Source: Azolla caroliniana
Lineage: Eukaryota > Plantae > Polypodiophyta
Direction of reading: 5' to 3'
DNA length: 64,000 bases
Assembly (NCBI GenBank): GCA_043228905.1
Contig: JBHGNT010000011.1
Location: 3,968,001-4,032,000, forward strand
The notes under the pieces: model-generated
The model's database searches: none
What the model was told of the DNA's origin: nothing
What the model saw: the letters and a program-made list of their open reading frames with translations, nothing else
In this document: positions 10,710 to 23,500 of the stretch, in pieces
Position numbering within the stretch: the first letter of the stretch is position 1
How the letters are laid out: every line of letters begins with the position of its first letter
Made by a program: the position numbers and the translations under genes

Positions 10710-13529
10710 ATGGCCAGGCGCCGCTCCTGTAAGGAGAAGGTGTCGTCTGTTTCTGACTACATCCGCACAGTCATGGAGGAGCTTCAGCAGAATAGCAGTA
10801 GCCCTCATGATTCTTCTTCTTCTTCTTCTTCTTCTTCTTCTGCTGCTGCTGCTGCTACTTCTTCCTATCAGAACATGATCCATAGCGCTATTCATCCGCC
10901 ATATCATGGCCACCATGATTTCTCCAGCTCTTCTGCTGTGCTTCTTGATCCTCCTTCCTCCCACCCAGCCGATGGCTATGGCTATGGCTATGGCGATCTT
11001 ACTGACCACAATCTTGGCCTGTGTTCCATGGCTTCTGCTGCAGCCTCTCAGCCGCCTCAGCATAACGCCGCCAAGAAGAAGGAGATTCTGAAGAAGAAGA
11101 AGAAGCAGCAGGCGCGGATGAATAAGAAGCAGCGAAGTAACGGAGGAGCCATGGTGAGCTCTGGGCAGCAGGTGTGGCTCATGATCGTGGAGAGGATGAG
11201 GGAGGAGATCCTCAGAGCCAGGGACGTCCACAGAGCCGACATTAATCTCAAGCAAACCGTCATGATGAGCAGCAACGGGAGTAGCTTGATCCGCCATGTC
11301 GACGAGAATCAGATGAATCAGAATCGGAATCAGAATCAGAATCAGAATCAGAATCAGAATCAGAATCAGAATCATTACGATGGTGCCCCTGATCCGAACA
11401 ACAGGAAGACTGTGAGGAGGAAGACGAGAAGGATTGTGGATGATCCTGGGCATTCTGCCATGGAAGTTCAAGCTTTATCTCATAACGCCTCCTACACTGC
11501 GCCTGAGACGTTCTTCACGCGCCCACCCTGCAGCGATGGAGAAGACGAAGAAGCAGAAGAAGCAGAAGAAGAAGCAGAAGAGGAGGAAGAAGAAGAAGAA
11601 GAAGCTGTGGTGAGGCATGGCGATTCTTCATCTTCATCATTAAAGCGACATCCTTGTACTGTGTGTATTATAAGTAAGAATGGTCTGAGTGGCGGCGATG
11701 GCGGCCAGAGCTTGGCCTACGGATCAGAGACGACGAAGGTGGCCATGGCTGTGGCGGTGACTGTGTGTGGGCATTACCTGTGCTGGCCATGCCTCTGCAA
11801 ATGGCACCAGCACAAGCTGGTCATGAATCATCACAACCCTAATGATCTGCTAGCAAATCATGCTGTTTATTCCACTAATAATCCTGCTCCTGCTCCTTCT
11901 GCTTCTGCTTCTGCTACTAAGAAAGAGTGCCCCTGCTGCAAGAAGGTGCTGGCCAAGAGCCAAGTGACATTCCTGGGCGAGAAGCTTGAGGCGTATATGG
12001 ACAGCCATGGGAGAAGGAATGGCTATGGAAGCTCGCACTATAACCCTAACCCTAACCCTAACCCTAACCCTAATTCATTTGGCTCTGATGTATTAGGTCA
12101 TCCTGCAGTGCCCACCCTTAGGTCGAGTACCGATCAGAGAGAGAAGCTTCTGGAAGCAGCTGCGCTTCCTGTACTCGCGTCAGCCCGCCTCCACCACCAT
12201 CGCCGCCGCCTCCTCATGATGAGCAACAGCCCTTCCATTCTCTGTGACCAGCCCATGACCTGCAACCCTAATCTCAGTACCATGACCTGCAACCCTAATC
12301 TCGGTACCATGACCGGAAACCCTAATGTCGGTACCATGACCTGCAACCCTAATCTCAGTACCATGACCTGCAAGCCTAATTTCGGTACCATGACCTGCAA
12401 CCCTAATCTGAGCTATGATGAGCTAAGTGACGATGGCGGCGGCATCATCGACCTTTACGATCATCTCAACTGTTCAGAGGAATCTCATCAGTATACTAAT
12501 AATAGCGTTCAAGCTGCTGATGAGAAGGCCATTGAATCCCCACGCCTGCACAGCTTACTTCATAACCCTAACCCTAACCCTAACCCTAACCCTAACCCTA
12601 GCCCTAGCCCTAAAACTAGGCCCATTACTGTCTCTTCCAGTCCCAGATTTAGCTATAATATAAGCTCATCCGCCCCTGCTAGTACTGTAATCAAGGATCA
12701 TACAGTGCCGCCATCATTAGCCAATCTGATTAGCACAAGACCTGATGTTCTTCTGAATGATTTAGCTTCGGGCACCGGCTGCTATAATTATAATGATCTC
12801 TATAATCCTAACCCTAACCCTAACCCTACTCCAATCAATACTTTTAATCCTACTCCTAATACACATCATATGGCACGAAATCACGATTTAAGCTGTATTT
12901 ACAGCGGTGATGTTAATAATTTAGGCCTAAATAATGAAGGTGATGACCAATGTTATTCAAATAACTCCTCCCTTCTCTACAGTAATATGGTTTCCAATAA
13001 TCTGCAGAAAACAAATAATTGCGTTATCGTCAATTATGGTTCCCCATCTTGCGAATTCCAACCAAATTCAATCGCAGTTATGAAATCGTTGGAAGCCATG
13101 ATCCATCAGGATGAAGATCCGCCATTAGAGCTCCATAATTGTGTGAGCTTGTCATGTAATTATGATGAAGGATCAGCTTCATATGATCATGATTACGACG
13201 ATCTGAGGCAACAACAGCATGATGAGCACCTGCATTTCTCAAGCAATAATAATCATAATAATAACAACAATAATAATAATCCCCGCCAAATTAGAATGGG
13301 CTTCGATAATAATCATACTAATAATCCAAATCTTCTCAAATATGGTAATGGTACCTCTAATGTAGATATCATTACACCTGAAGTGGCAGAGGATGCAAGA
13401 TATAATAATTATAGTCTCCTAAATCAATCCACGCCCTACTCGACGTGTGAATCATTGATACTATCTGCTAATTATTACCACATTAATCATTCGACGCCAG
13501 GCAATCAGCTAGATGATGCCATCAGGTAG
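10710..13529 (+). CDS. C3HC4 RING-finger protein, probable E3 ubiquitin ligase (RMA/RNF5-like RING signature) with long low-complexity regions
   Basis: Uninterrupted 939-aa ORF; CTVC...VTVCGHYLCWPCLCKW...KECPCCK; all simple repeats preserve frame; AT-rich microsatellite-containing upstream region. Confidence 0.8.
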   Translation: MARRRSCKEKVSSVSDYIRTVMEELQQNSSSPHDSSSSSSSSSSAAAAATSSYQNMIHSAIHPPYHGHHDFSSSSAVLLDPPSSHPADGYGYGYGDLTDHNLGLCSMASAAASQPPQHNAAKKKEILKKKKKQQARMNKKQRSNGGAMVSSGQQVWLMIVERMREEILRARDVHRADINLKQTVMMSSNGSSLIRHVDENQMNQNRNQNQNQNQNQNQNQNHYDGAPDPNNRKTVRRKTRRIVDDPGHSAMEVQALSHNASYTAPETFFTRPPCSDGEDEEAEEAEEEAEEEEEEEEEAVVRHGDSSSSSLKRHPCTVCIISKNGLSGGDGGQSLAYGSETTKVAMAVAVTVCGHYLCWPCLCKWHQHKLVMNHHNPNDLLANHAVYSTNNPAPAPSASASATKKECPCCKKVLAKSQVTFLGEKLEAYMDSHGRRNGYGSSHYNPNPNPNPNPNSFGSDVLGHPAVPTLRSSTDQREKLLEAAALPVLASARLHHHRRRLLMMSNSPSILCDQPMTCNPNLSTMTCNPNLGTMTGNPNVGTMTCNPNLSTMTCKPNFGTMTCNPNLSYDELSDDGGGIIDLYDHLNCSEESHQYTNNSVQAADEKAIESPRLHSLLHNPNPNPNPNPNPSPSPKTRPITVSSSPRFSYNISSSAPASTVIKDHTVPPSLANLISTRPDVLLNDLASGTGCYNYNDLYNPNPNPNPTPINTFNPTPNTHHMARNHDLSCIYSGDVNNLGLNNEGDDQCYSNNSSLLYSNMVSNNLQKTNNCVIVNYGSPSCEFQPNSIAVMKSLEAMIHQDEDPPLELHNCVSLSCNYDEGSASYDHDYDDLRQQQHDEHLHFSSNNNHNNNNNNNNPRQIRMGFDNNHTNNPNLLKYGNGTSNVDIITPEVAEDARYNNYSLLNQSTPYSTCESLILSANYYHINHSTPGNQLDDAIR
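11316..11372 (+). repeat. (CAGAAT)n coding repeat (NQ)n
   Basis: Direct reading. Confidence 0.9.
12255..12413 (+). repeat. 27-bp coding minisatellite, about 6 copies of MTCNPNLST
   Basis: ATGACCTGCAACCCTAATCTCAGTACC and variants in tandem. Confidence 0.95.
12563..12613 (+). repeat. (TAACCC)n coding repeat (NP)n; similar tracts at 12041-12073 and 12805-12828
   Basis: Direct reading. Confidence 0.9.
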
Positions 13530-13887
13530 CTTAACCTTAACCTAAACCTTAATCTTTAGCCTTTAATCTTTTCTCTATATTGAACAAACATGATTAATCA
13601 TAAGACTAATTCTGCGAAAACGCTAAGTTTAAATGAAATTTGATTCATGCAGTGACTGGAGGCTCATCTACAACGAGGATGCATGGGATTGGGTGCAATT
13701 CATTCAGAATTGATTAGTGCAGATATGGAAATCCACATTCAAAAATGTCAATCCATAGTCATCATCTTCTTCTACTACTATACTTAAAGATATATTCCCA
13801 CCCTATTGAAAACATATATATTACCACTGATTCTCTATCCCCATAATGTACCTATATACTTCTACTTAAATATATGAAGGCGGATTT

Positions 13888-14330
13888 GGGATAAAATCAG
13901 GCCGGAAAAGGGATAAATTGCCGGAAAAGGACTACCTGATACTCCAAAAATGACCCACTATTTGATATATCCGCATTTTTATCCGGTCGAACGTATTTCT
14001 GCGGAAATACGTAGAAATGTGAGGCATTTATTCGGTATAAGAAATGCGCGGTATAAGAAATGTGAGGTATAAGAAATGCGCGGCATTTTGTATGGTGTTG
14101 GGGTATTTTTGCGGCAATACACGTATAAGAAATGCGAGGCTTGAATTATACGGTATTTTCCGCGGCAATACACGTATAAGAAAATGTAAGGCATAATGCG
14201 GCAAAATACGTAGAAATGCAAAGAGGAAGTCGTATGCGACTCCTCGTATTTTCGCGGCAATGTGTAAAAATCCTCGCATTGCCACGAAAATATAGGCATT
14301 ATGCAATCTAGGCGTAGTACTTTTCAAAGA
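13888..14330. mobile_element. Possible DNA-transposon end (Mutator-like TIR with subterminal repeats)
   Basis: GGGATAAA..GCCGGAAAAGG twice, then repeated GTATAAGAAATG and GCGGCAA motifs, CpG-rich against AT-rich flanks; no partner TIR found. Confidence 0.4.
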
Positions 14331-16719
14331 CCAAGAATAGAGAAATTAATGGAAAAATATGGGCAATGTAATCAAACATCCGTCGAGCACTAATTAGATC
14401 CTTAAGCATTTTGTCGACCACTAATTAGATCCTTAAGCAGTTCTTATGTAGATTAGGCTTTTCTTCCATCACTTCTGATTTTGAATCCACGCCCTCTTCA
14501 AAACCATGCTCAAATCCATATTCATGAATATTGTATTGTTGGAAGGTATAGCCATCAATCTTCTTTGGCAATGTTACTTTAATTGTTTCCTTCTTATTCT
14601 TGTCCTCTTCACTGAAACCAACATAATTTGTACTCCTTGTTCTCCTTCATTTATTGACATTTAGTATATTCTTCATGGTCCCCCTTCTCATGACCCTGTT
14701 TCTTCATATCAAGAAAACTAAAAGGAGTCTACACTCATGTCTTTCATCTTTACACCTCTCTTTTGAGATTTGTGTTCCCATGGTATCATTGTCACTCCCT
14801 AACTAAACGTTGCATATCAATTAGTTTCACACTGTATATGTGTGTGTGACAAGCATTATTCAAAATATAGGTGCCAACCAACAAGGGTTCTACTATAAGA
14901 GAGGATCCCTTGGTCGATCATTTTTGGGGTGCTAATCTATCTACTAAGTTTAGGTTTGGTAAAAAAATCTTTCAATGTGGTAAGTCACCTCTTTATAGTT
15001 GTAATCCATCTTTCCTTGTACACTACAATCAATGTTTCTATTTGGTACTTCTTTTAAATAAGTATTCTTAATCCTTATCTAATCAATCATTCTACATTTT
15101 GTTCTTATTAGTTGCTCAATATCCCTCTAAATTTTGGAACCCTCACTCTTTACTCTACTTTTTATGTGTCCAAAACTTTGGATGTACATGTCTCCTAGAA
15201 TTATGATGATATTTGTTGAACCTACCTTGAAGAGGACAACGAGGGCTAAAAAACGACCAAGTTTAAATATTGTTAATGGAATTCAACTTTGAAGGAGATT
15301 TCTCAAGAGGAAAACGAACATGGCATTTACTTCTACCACTTATTGATAATTGATTGTGAGGCTACATAGGGCAAATGACTCCAATGGAGCACAACAATAT
15401 CCAAGTTGAAGAACTAAGAGAATGTGGAAAGCAATGAACAAAAACTAGGAATATTTTCAACCAAATTGTGAGTTTGAAAACTAGGAATAGTTTCAAGAAA
15501 ATTGTGAGTTTGTGGTGAAGGATATTAAAGTAGGAAGAAAGAAGCCATGGAAGAGGAATAGGCCAAAGATACATAAAGCTAAGTTGGACTTGAGGAAAAT
15601 AAAAAGCATGAACAGAAGAATGAAGAAATTAACAATCAAGAGGACAAGAGCAAGAAGAAGTGAAGATCCAAGAGAAGAATTAAGGAAGAAGAGTAAAAGG
15701 TTATAGGAAGAAGCTACAAAAGAGGGCAAACAATTTAGGGAAAAAGACAAGTGAAGACATATGGCAAAAACAATTGTTGACATGTGACGAGGGTAATAGG
15801 AAAGAGGGAAAAAAAAAGAAGGAAAAGAGAAAAGAGAAAAGAGGAATTGTAGGAAGCTTGGATGTTTTTGTAGGAAGCTATTTCCTACTATACTGTTCTT
15901 CTTACTATGGTGTGCTTGAGGCCACCTCAAGGCTAGTGTCTAGAAAAGTTACAATGGTCTAACCCTTTTATTAGAGAGATGAGTGAGAGTAAGTATATAA
16001 TTCTTGAGCTACAAAAGAGCCATAAAACTAATAAAACAAAATCCAATCCCTACTCTATCACTTAATTACGTTCAAATGATCTCATAGATACTTAACATAC
16101 TTCAGACTTTACAATAGTTCAAACACTCAATTAAAGGGCAACAAAGCAAAGATTTGGGTTCAAGGTTTAAATCGATTTGAGGTTAGTTGTCTACAATGGA
16201 TAGTGACTAGTAGATTGTATCAAAAAAAGAATTAGGAAGAGAGTAGATCATGACAAGCGAGAATCATGTTGACTAAGAAATCAAGGAGTGAAATGACTAA
16301 TGAACTAATTATCATGACATCAATTAAAAATTGATCGAAGTTAGAGGGTTACGTAAGCGATAAAGGTAGATGTTGGAAAAGGTGTAGTGATGCCACAACT
16401 ACAAAACTCATTTTGAGAGGGGTAATGATCATGCCCCTAAAGTCAAAGAAAGGACCTTGGTCATTATTGACATATAAGACACTTGTCAAGTGCATCCTCA
16501 AATTGACATATCAGACACTTCCAATGGCTCTAAGGAACTTTGTGTAAATGAAAATCTAAGCATGATTTCTTCAAAGTAGAATCTTAAAATGTTAGTTCCA
16601 AGAAAGACTATGTGATATTGACATATGCCATAGAGTCAAGTGCTATAAAGCTATAATGGAGATTGAAGAAAGAGAGAAATAGATTCTTGCAATGAACATC
16701 AAGATAGAGTCAACTTGAA

Positions 16720-16945
16720 GGAATCAAATATGGCACATGGTACACCAACCTAAAGTAATGTGATTGTTGTCATTTAAATGGATCGACAAGAAAAAGAGTA
16801 CACCTTGAAAACTCAGTCTATACGAGTCAACTCTCATGTAATATTATTATGAACCATGAGCATGAGGATGTTCCTTGTAATTGTAGCCATGAAGAACTTG
16901 GAGTTAGTGTAGATGAAAATGACAACCACTTTCCTTAACGATGAT
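16720..16945 (+). mobile_element. Highly decayed copia RT remnant
   Basis: Translates to VAMKNLELV*MKMTTTFLNDD, like copia AA.DLEL.QMDV.TAFLNG. Confidence 0.5.
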
Positions 16946-19385
16946 AGTTGGATGCAAGTTTGTTGCATGGTGAAGATTGGCATAACCTCTGCCACTGCAT
17001 GCCACCCCGCCTAGCCTATTGTCGCTCAACTTGTCAGGAATTGGTCGGAATTACTATCAGGTGGAGTTCGAGCTGGAACACATGGTACCGATCTTACTGG
17101 AGAAGAAAGTTGTGGGTTTCTTTCCATAAGTGGATTCACAACTTCTCCGCGAATCAGGTACTTCATGATTAAAATTTATATCATGCATGTTTGGCATTTT
17201 TTCCCAATTTGCGTAAAGAATGGGTGCCTTTCGTGCATCTAATTGCTGGCACTATTGGTACGATTTTGGAAACTTACGATAAGCCTTGGCAGATCGAAGA
17301 AATCAATGGGAGTTGCATTTTGAATACATGGTATTGGCATTTGGTTTCACAATTCTCATGTTGTTTTCCAACATATGATGAACGACATCTTCCGAGAATA
17401 TGTGGACCAATTTTTAATCATCTATCTCGACGACATACTTATCTTCTCATAGGACTACATAGAGCACACCAAGCAAGTCTGACATATCGTGTCCAAACTT
17501 CGGGAACATGGGCTTTATGCCAAACATGCGAAGTGTGAGTTTGATCGAAGCTCAGTTGAATTCCTTGGGTATGTCATTTCATCTAATGGTCTCACTATGG
17601 ACAAAAAGAAAGTCACAACTGTTCAAGTGTGAGAAGTCCCCACCAGGGTCAGGATGTGCAATTGTTTTTGGGTTTTGCCAACTTCTATCGTCGATTAATT
17701 CAAGAATTCTCTACACTTGCGCAACCACTTACAACACTCACTTAGAAGGATTCTATGGTCTTGGTCATATTTGAACTCGAGACCTCGAGAACAAATACAT
17801 TAATCACTTGAGCTAACCAAATAGGTTGCTCGTGTTGAATGTTTAATATTTTAAAAATGCAGATATTTTAAAAATGCAGATATGCAAAGACATTTGCCTA
17901 TATATGTTTATTAAAAGGAAACATATATGTCGAGAGTTCTTATTTCCCCCTCGTTTACTACACAACTATGTCCCCGTCTCATAATTACTATAGCATACGT
18001 CAAAGTGCAACCTAATGGTCAAGACAAATGAGCCCTCTTTTCGTAGTAGGCCCACATGGCCCATCACATGGTTAAACATCATTATGAATGCCTTCCATAA
18101 TGATGATCTCATGGTGGCATCGTATCCATATAGGAGCAAACTCACATAAAGTGGGTCAAGCCCAATGCTCTCAACATTATTGTGGCTATGATCGTTTCGT
18201 TATAATGTGTAGCGAAATCAAAGTGACCAACAGGGATGACAACAAAAAAAATTGTTGAAAAAAGGATGGTGACGACGCCATTCTCACAAAAATGTGATCT
18301 CAAGGGGTTGTCTCAATCCCAAGGATTAAAAGTAATCCTCCACTTCTTTACACTCTCGTTTAACCCTCACACTTTATCCATGTTTATAGAATACTACGGT
18401 ACATTCTCACCATGGGATATTATATGGTAATGCCTACAACACTTTTATTCTAGCAAGTTCACACCCTTGAGATCAATTACCCAATATACAACAAAGAACT
18501 CTCAGCCATTATTGGCGGGCACCTAACACCTTGTCCTGGTGGTGACCGATCACAAGAACCTTATCTACTTCACCAATACTTGCATTTTGAACCAAAGGCA
18601 ACCACGATGGTCAACCTTTCTGGCCAGTTACGACTTTGAACTTGTTTTTCGTCTTGGTGCCCAAGATGGTAACGTCCATGCCCCATCTCGGCGTTCGGAA
18701 TTCGAAATTTGGCTAGAGGATGCAACCTACAATCCACAATCACATTGTCTCTTACAAGCACATCAAATTCAACTCTTTGCAGCTTATATGGCCGCGGATG
18801 AATCATTACTCAATGCAATAGCCATAAATACTACCGCAGACAAATTTGCAAAAGAGATTAAGGAGAATCCCAACAACTCAACCATAGGCGAGGTACGAAA
18901 TGTTCATAACCAATTTATGTTTTCGGATGGCTTTTGTTGTCGGTACAACTTAATGTATGTCCCAGATGGTCCTTGTCATATCCGTATCATGAAGGAATGC
19001 CATGATGATGCCCTAGCTGGACATTTTGGCGTTGCAAAAACATTGGAGTTAATATCTAGAAGCTATTGGTGGCCACAACCTTGGAAACTTGTTAAAGAAT
19101 TCGTGAAAACATGTGATACATGTGCTCGTGCCAAAGTAGTACATCATCATCCCTACGGTCTACTTCAACCTCTACCAAATCCAAATAGGCCATGAGCCTC
19201 CATGTCGACGGACTTTGTCACCAACCTTCTAGATATTGATGGATTCAATACAGTATTGGTGGTGATTGATAGGTTCACAAAGATGGCGCATTTTACTCTA
19301 TGTTCTAAGGCAATTTCAAGGATGGAAACATCAGATCTATTATTAACAAATGTTGTACACCTTCACGACTTACCGAATGACATTC
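16946..19385 (+). mobile_element. Decayed Ty3 chromovirus pol fragments (RT about 17330-17760; RNase H-integrase about 18440-19385)
   Basis: IIYLDDILI, GLYAKHAKCEF, VTDHKNLIYF, HDDALAGHFGVAKTLELISRSYWWP..CDTC, VIDRFTKMAHF; ends at a (TA)n tract. Confidence 0.8.
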
Positions 19386-20557
19386 ATTATATATATATAT
19401 ATATATATTTATTTATTTATTTATTTACCGTAGGCAAACTTTAAACTTTAACCTTTGTATAAAGGGTAGTATATGCGACTCAGTATGCATGACTTGGCAT
19501 GCAAGTATTAGCATGCTTTATATTATAAGACTGAGTATGTATGACTTTGCATGCAGATATGAGCATACTTACCATGTATCACTTCATGCATAAAAAGGGT
19601 GCATAAAAGAGATCAACACCTGTCATGGAGTAGATATTCTCACTCATTGTCATCAACTTCCTCATCTCTCTATCTCATCAACTTCCCCATCTGCTTGTCT
19701 TCCAATTGTTCATCCATGACAAATATAGATCCATGATACTGGCCTTGGTCAGGTGGCGTAGTCGTCCATGCCACAAGGACCACACCGGAATATCGACCAA
19801 AAATAAGTCACCCTCTCTGAGCGTGATGTATAATGGGTACAAGGAATGTACCTTCGGCCGGGGCAAATATTTCAGTGAAATCGACACCCTTCTTTTGTTG
19901 AAAGACTTTTACAACGATTCAGGTTTTATATTTAGGTGGATTCTCGTCATCTCCCAGTTTCAGCTTGTACACCCACTTGTTTCAGAGTGCTCTCTTCTCC
20001 ACCGGAAACTTCATCAGCTCGTATGTGTGGTTCTCATGTAGGGAATCCATCTCGTCTTGCATGGACCTTAGCCACTTTGTGTTGTGGATGTCTTTCTTTG
20101 CTTCTTCGAAGCTTTCCGGCTCCCCCTTGTCAGTTAGCAACACATATTCTTTATCCAGAATTCTTCTGGGGGGCCTTCTTTCTCTCAGGTGGTATCGTCT
20201 TCCTCTATTGTTTTTAGTCAGCTCGTTGGAATATTCTTCTTCTCCTTCGACTGACTCTTCTTCTGGGTTTGACTCGATTGTTAGGTATAAAGGCCCATAG
20301 TTCAGAAATTAGATAATTATTCGTATATGTGAACACATTGTTCACCTGTACAAGACACCTCATTTTTGTAATGTGAACACACCTCTTTCTTTGTAGGGCT
20401 AACTAATATAATAACCTTTTTTTCTTGGGTACCAATCAAGGCAGTTGGGTACACCCAAAAATATGTGCCTCTACTCTCATCTCTACTACAGTCTTGTTTG
20501 CTGAATGTCATCAATCAATAGTTGTTGCTCCCTCAAACATCCCTCTTTACCTTTAAC

Positions 20558-23500
20558 TAGTATCAGAGCCAAATCTCTTTCCTCTGCTTTGCTGTTTTTT
20601 TTTTAGATTTAGAATTAGAACAAAACACAGTTTAAAAATAAAATAAAAAAAATTCTGTCAGACCCTTTCCTATTGGTATTCTGCTCAATTTTCTTAAGGC
20701 ATCTGTCATAAATCTTATGGCCTCCACTTGAACTGAAATGAAAAACCTCTTTGAAATCAAGAGATTTGATGGAAAAGGTTTTGAATTATGGAAAGAGCGT
20801 ATGTTGGGCATCCTCTTTCTGAGAGATTGTGAAGATGCTCTCGTGGAAATGAAACCAGAGACCATGGAAAATGATGCTTGGAACACTCTGAATAAGAAAC
20901 CCATTACATATATTAAAATGGTTGTTTCTAATGAAATTCTTGTAGATATAAAGGGCTTGATTACTGGTCATCAAGTTTGGGAGAAACTTAAGAAAACTTA
21001 CAAGAATACTACTCATGTGAATCAAGTGCATTTGATGAGAAAACTTGTAAGTATGAGGCTTGATAAATCGAAAGGTGCAACGGAGCATCTATCGTTATTC
21101 ATAGGTACTCTCTCCCAACTACAAGATTCAAGATTACCAGCTTTTGATGACAAGCTCAAAGCTATTTTCTTACTTATGACTTTACCTAATTCGTGGGAAA
21201 CATTAGTTGTTTCACTATCTAATAGCCCCACCTTGACCTTCGATGGTGTGTGGGGCTCTATTCTCAATGAAGAGATTAGAACACAATCTAGCGGCGAAGG
21301 TAGTGGTTCAACATACAATATTAGGGGAAGATATGATAAGAGGAACCCAAATGTAGGACAAAGAAATAGAAGTAAGAGTAGAGGGAAAGGAAAGCAACAA
21401 GATATCACATGCTAGCAGTGTGGCTGTAAAGGTCATAAGAAACCTGATTGTAGATATTTGAAGATGGAACTAGAAAGGAAGAAGAATGTAGGAGAGAAGA
21501 AAAATAAAGATGATAAATTTAATACAAAAGAGAAAGCTAATATGACTTCAAATGTTATCATTGAAGACCTATCTCGTGAAGATGGTGATGTACTTTGTAT
21601 TACAGGTGATGCCTTCATAGCTCATTGTAAAAGATTATGTGCGGAAGCAATAGCAAACCGAACACAGAAAATACGCAGGTTTAATGGAGAGCTTGAATAT
21701 ACACAGTACGCGGGAGAAACAGAGAGAGAGCACACAGAAAACTCAATTCAAAATAATACTCAGTCTGTACATCGTATGTGTTCAGTGAACACTTTTATAC
21801 AAGTCCATACGGATTGATAGAAGTATGGTGTACTTCAATGCTCACACGAGCATCTGACACTAACTACGAGATATTAACTCCCTAGTAGACTAGTTGCTAC
21901 TTGGCTTCCGGTTACTGCTTGATCCAGCTAACCGGCTCCCCAGCTCACCGATTCGGCTCAGGCTTATTTAACCGATCCGAACCCGGTTGAGCTTGCCGCT
22001 CAACACTCCCCCTCAAGCTCAACTTGAGGTCGGAACGTGGTGTCAGTCTCCGTGGCCGCCGGTCCTTCCACCCGGTTCCTTCTGGCGTCACTCCGCCTCA
22101 CTCGCGCTCCTCGTCCGGTCCGGTCCCGTTTGCCGTGACCCCTCTGGTTCTGTCCGCCTCGACCCCTCGGCTTGTCTGCTCAACAGGCCCAATTCAGCTC
22201 CCTCACTGTTGTGACTTCGGCGTGTGCCAGTTCGCTGATTCCTTCGTGTTGGCGTCGACTTTCGCTGCCTTCTCATCCTTTTGGCCTTGAATTGTTCTGG
22301 TTCTTCTGAATGCATCTGTTGAACTGAATCGGCTATCTCTGATTCGTTCCAGCTCTTGTCTGAATTGGTTGCTCCCGATTCGTCTTCCGGTTCCTGGCCC
22401 TTCACCACATCGGACCATGTTCGGGTCTTGGCCTTCTTCTTCCGGTCGGCTTTGTCCTTTTTGACTCTGCCACCGCTACCGCCTGTTCCGACTTGTTCGG
22501 ATGTGTCAACTTCCTTTGTTGACTCGGCTCCCCCTTTGTCGGTTCTTCCCTTATCGGCGCAACCGACAGTCTCTTTGCCTTTGTCAGTTCCGGTGTCTTT
22601 GCCCGTTCTCCCCCTCAAGTGTCGCACGTCGAGATGTTGAACACCAAGCATTTCGGTGAAGTGCTGCAACTTGTCCGATCCGAGTGGTTTGGTGAAGATG
22701 TCAGCAACTTGCTGATTTGTATGAACATACCAAAGTTCGACTTCGCCGCTCAGGACACGCTCACGCATGAAGTGGTAGTGCACTTCTATGTGCTTTGTGC
22801 GAGCACGGAATACAGGGTTCTTGGCAAGTTGCATGCTACTTATGTTGTCGCAGTAGATCAGGATCGAGGTCGGCACCTCAATTTGGAAGTCTTGCAGCAG
22901 TCGCCGAAGCCAAATGGCTTCACAGGTGGCAACGGTAGCGCCCCGGTATTCAGCGTCAATGCTCGAGGGGTCATTGTTGGCTGCTTTTTGCTGCTCCACG
23001 CAATAGTTGCGCTACCAAGGGAAAACATATAGCCTAAGGTGGATTGGTGATCCGATGCATCGTCGGCCCAGTTAGCATTCGTGTAGCCGACTAGCTCTTT
23101 GGTTATACCATGCCAATATAACAGTCCCCGTTCCTTTGTGCCACGCACATCTCGCAAAATTCGATGCGCGCACAGAAGGTGCTCCACGGTCGGCTTTTGC
23201 ATATATTGGCTAATCACGCCGATAGGATAACTGATGTCGGGTCGGGTGATTGTCAAATATATAAGGCTTCCGACGATTTGCCGGAACCGTTTCTCATCGC
23301 AGGCTGGTCCGGAGTCAAGACAGAGCTTCTGGTTCCGGTCCAGGGGTGCGGATATCGGTCCACATTCCGTCATGCCGAACTTGTACAACATATTCAACAC
23401 ATAGTGTCTTTGTGAGAGCAATATGCCGTCGGGGGTTTGGATCACCTTGAGCACAAGGAAATAGTGAAGGTCCCCAAGGTCCATCTCAAATGCGTCTGAC

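Noticed and set aside
10704-11471. 255-aa antisense ORF
   Set aside because: Shadow of the repeat-rich RING gene; no domain
12255-12413. CRISPR-like array
   Set aside because: Head-to-tail coding repeat with no spacers; eukaryotic context
12041-12828. True or interstitial telomere array
   Set aside because: Short tracts embedded in frame in an ORF; no long array
15362-15962. Lys/Arg-rich and hydrophobic ORFs
   Set aside because: Purine-rich decayed low-complexity DNA with stops and no supportable homology
19678-20514. Small ORFs upstream of copia A
   Set aside because: No recognisable motifs; probably LTR or leader sequence
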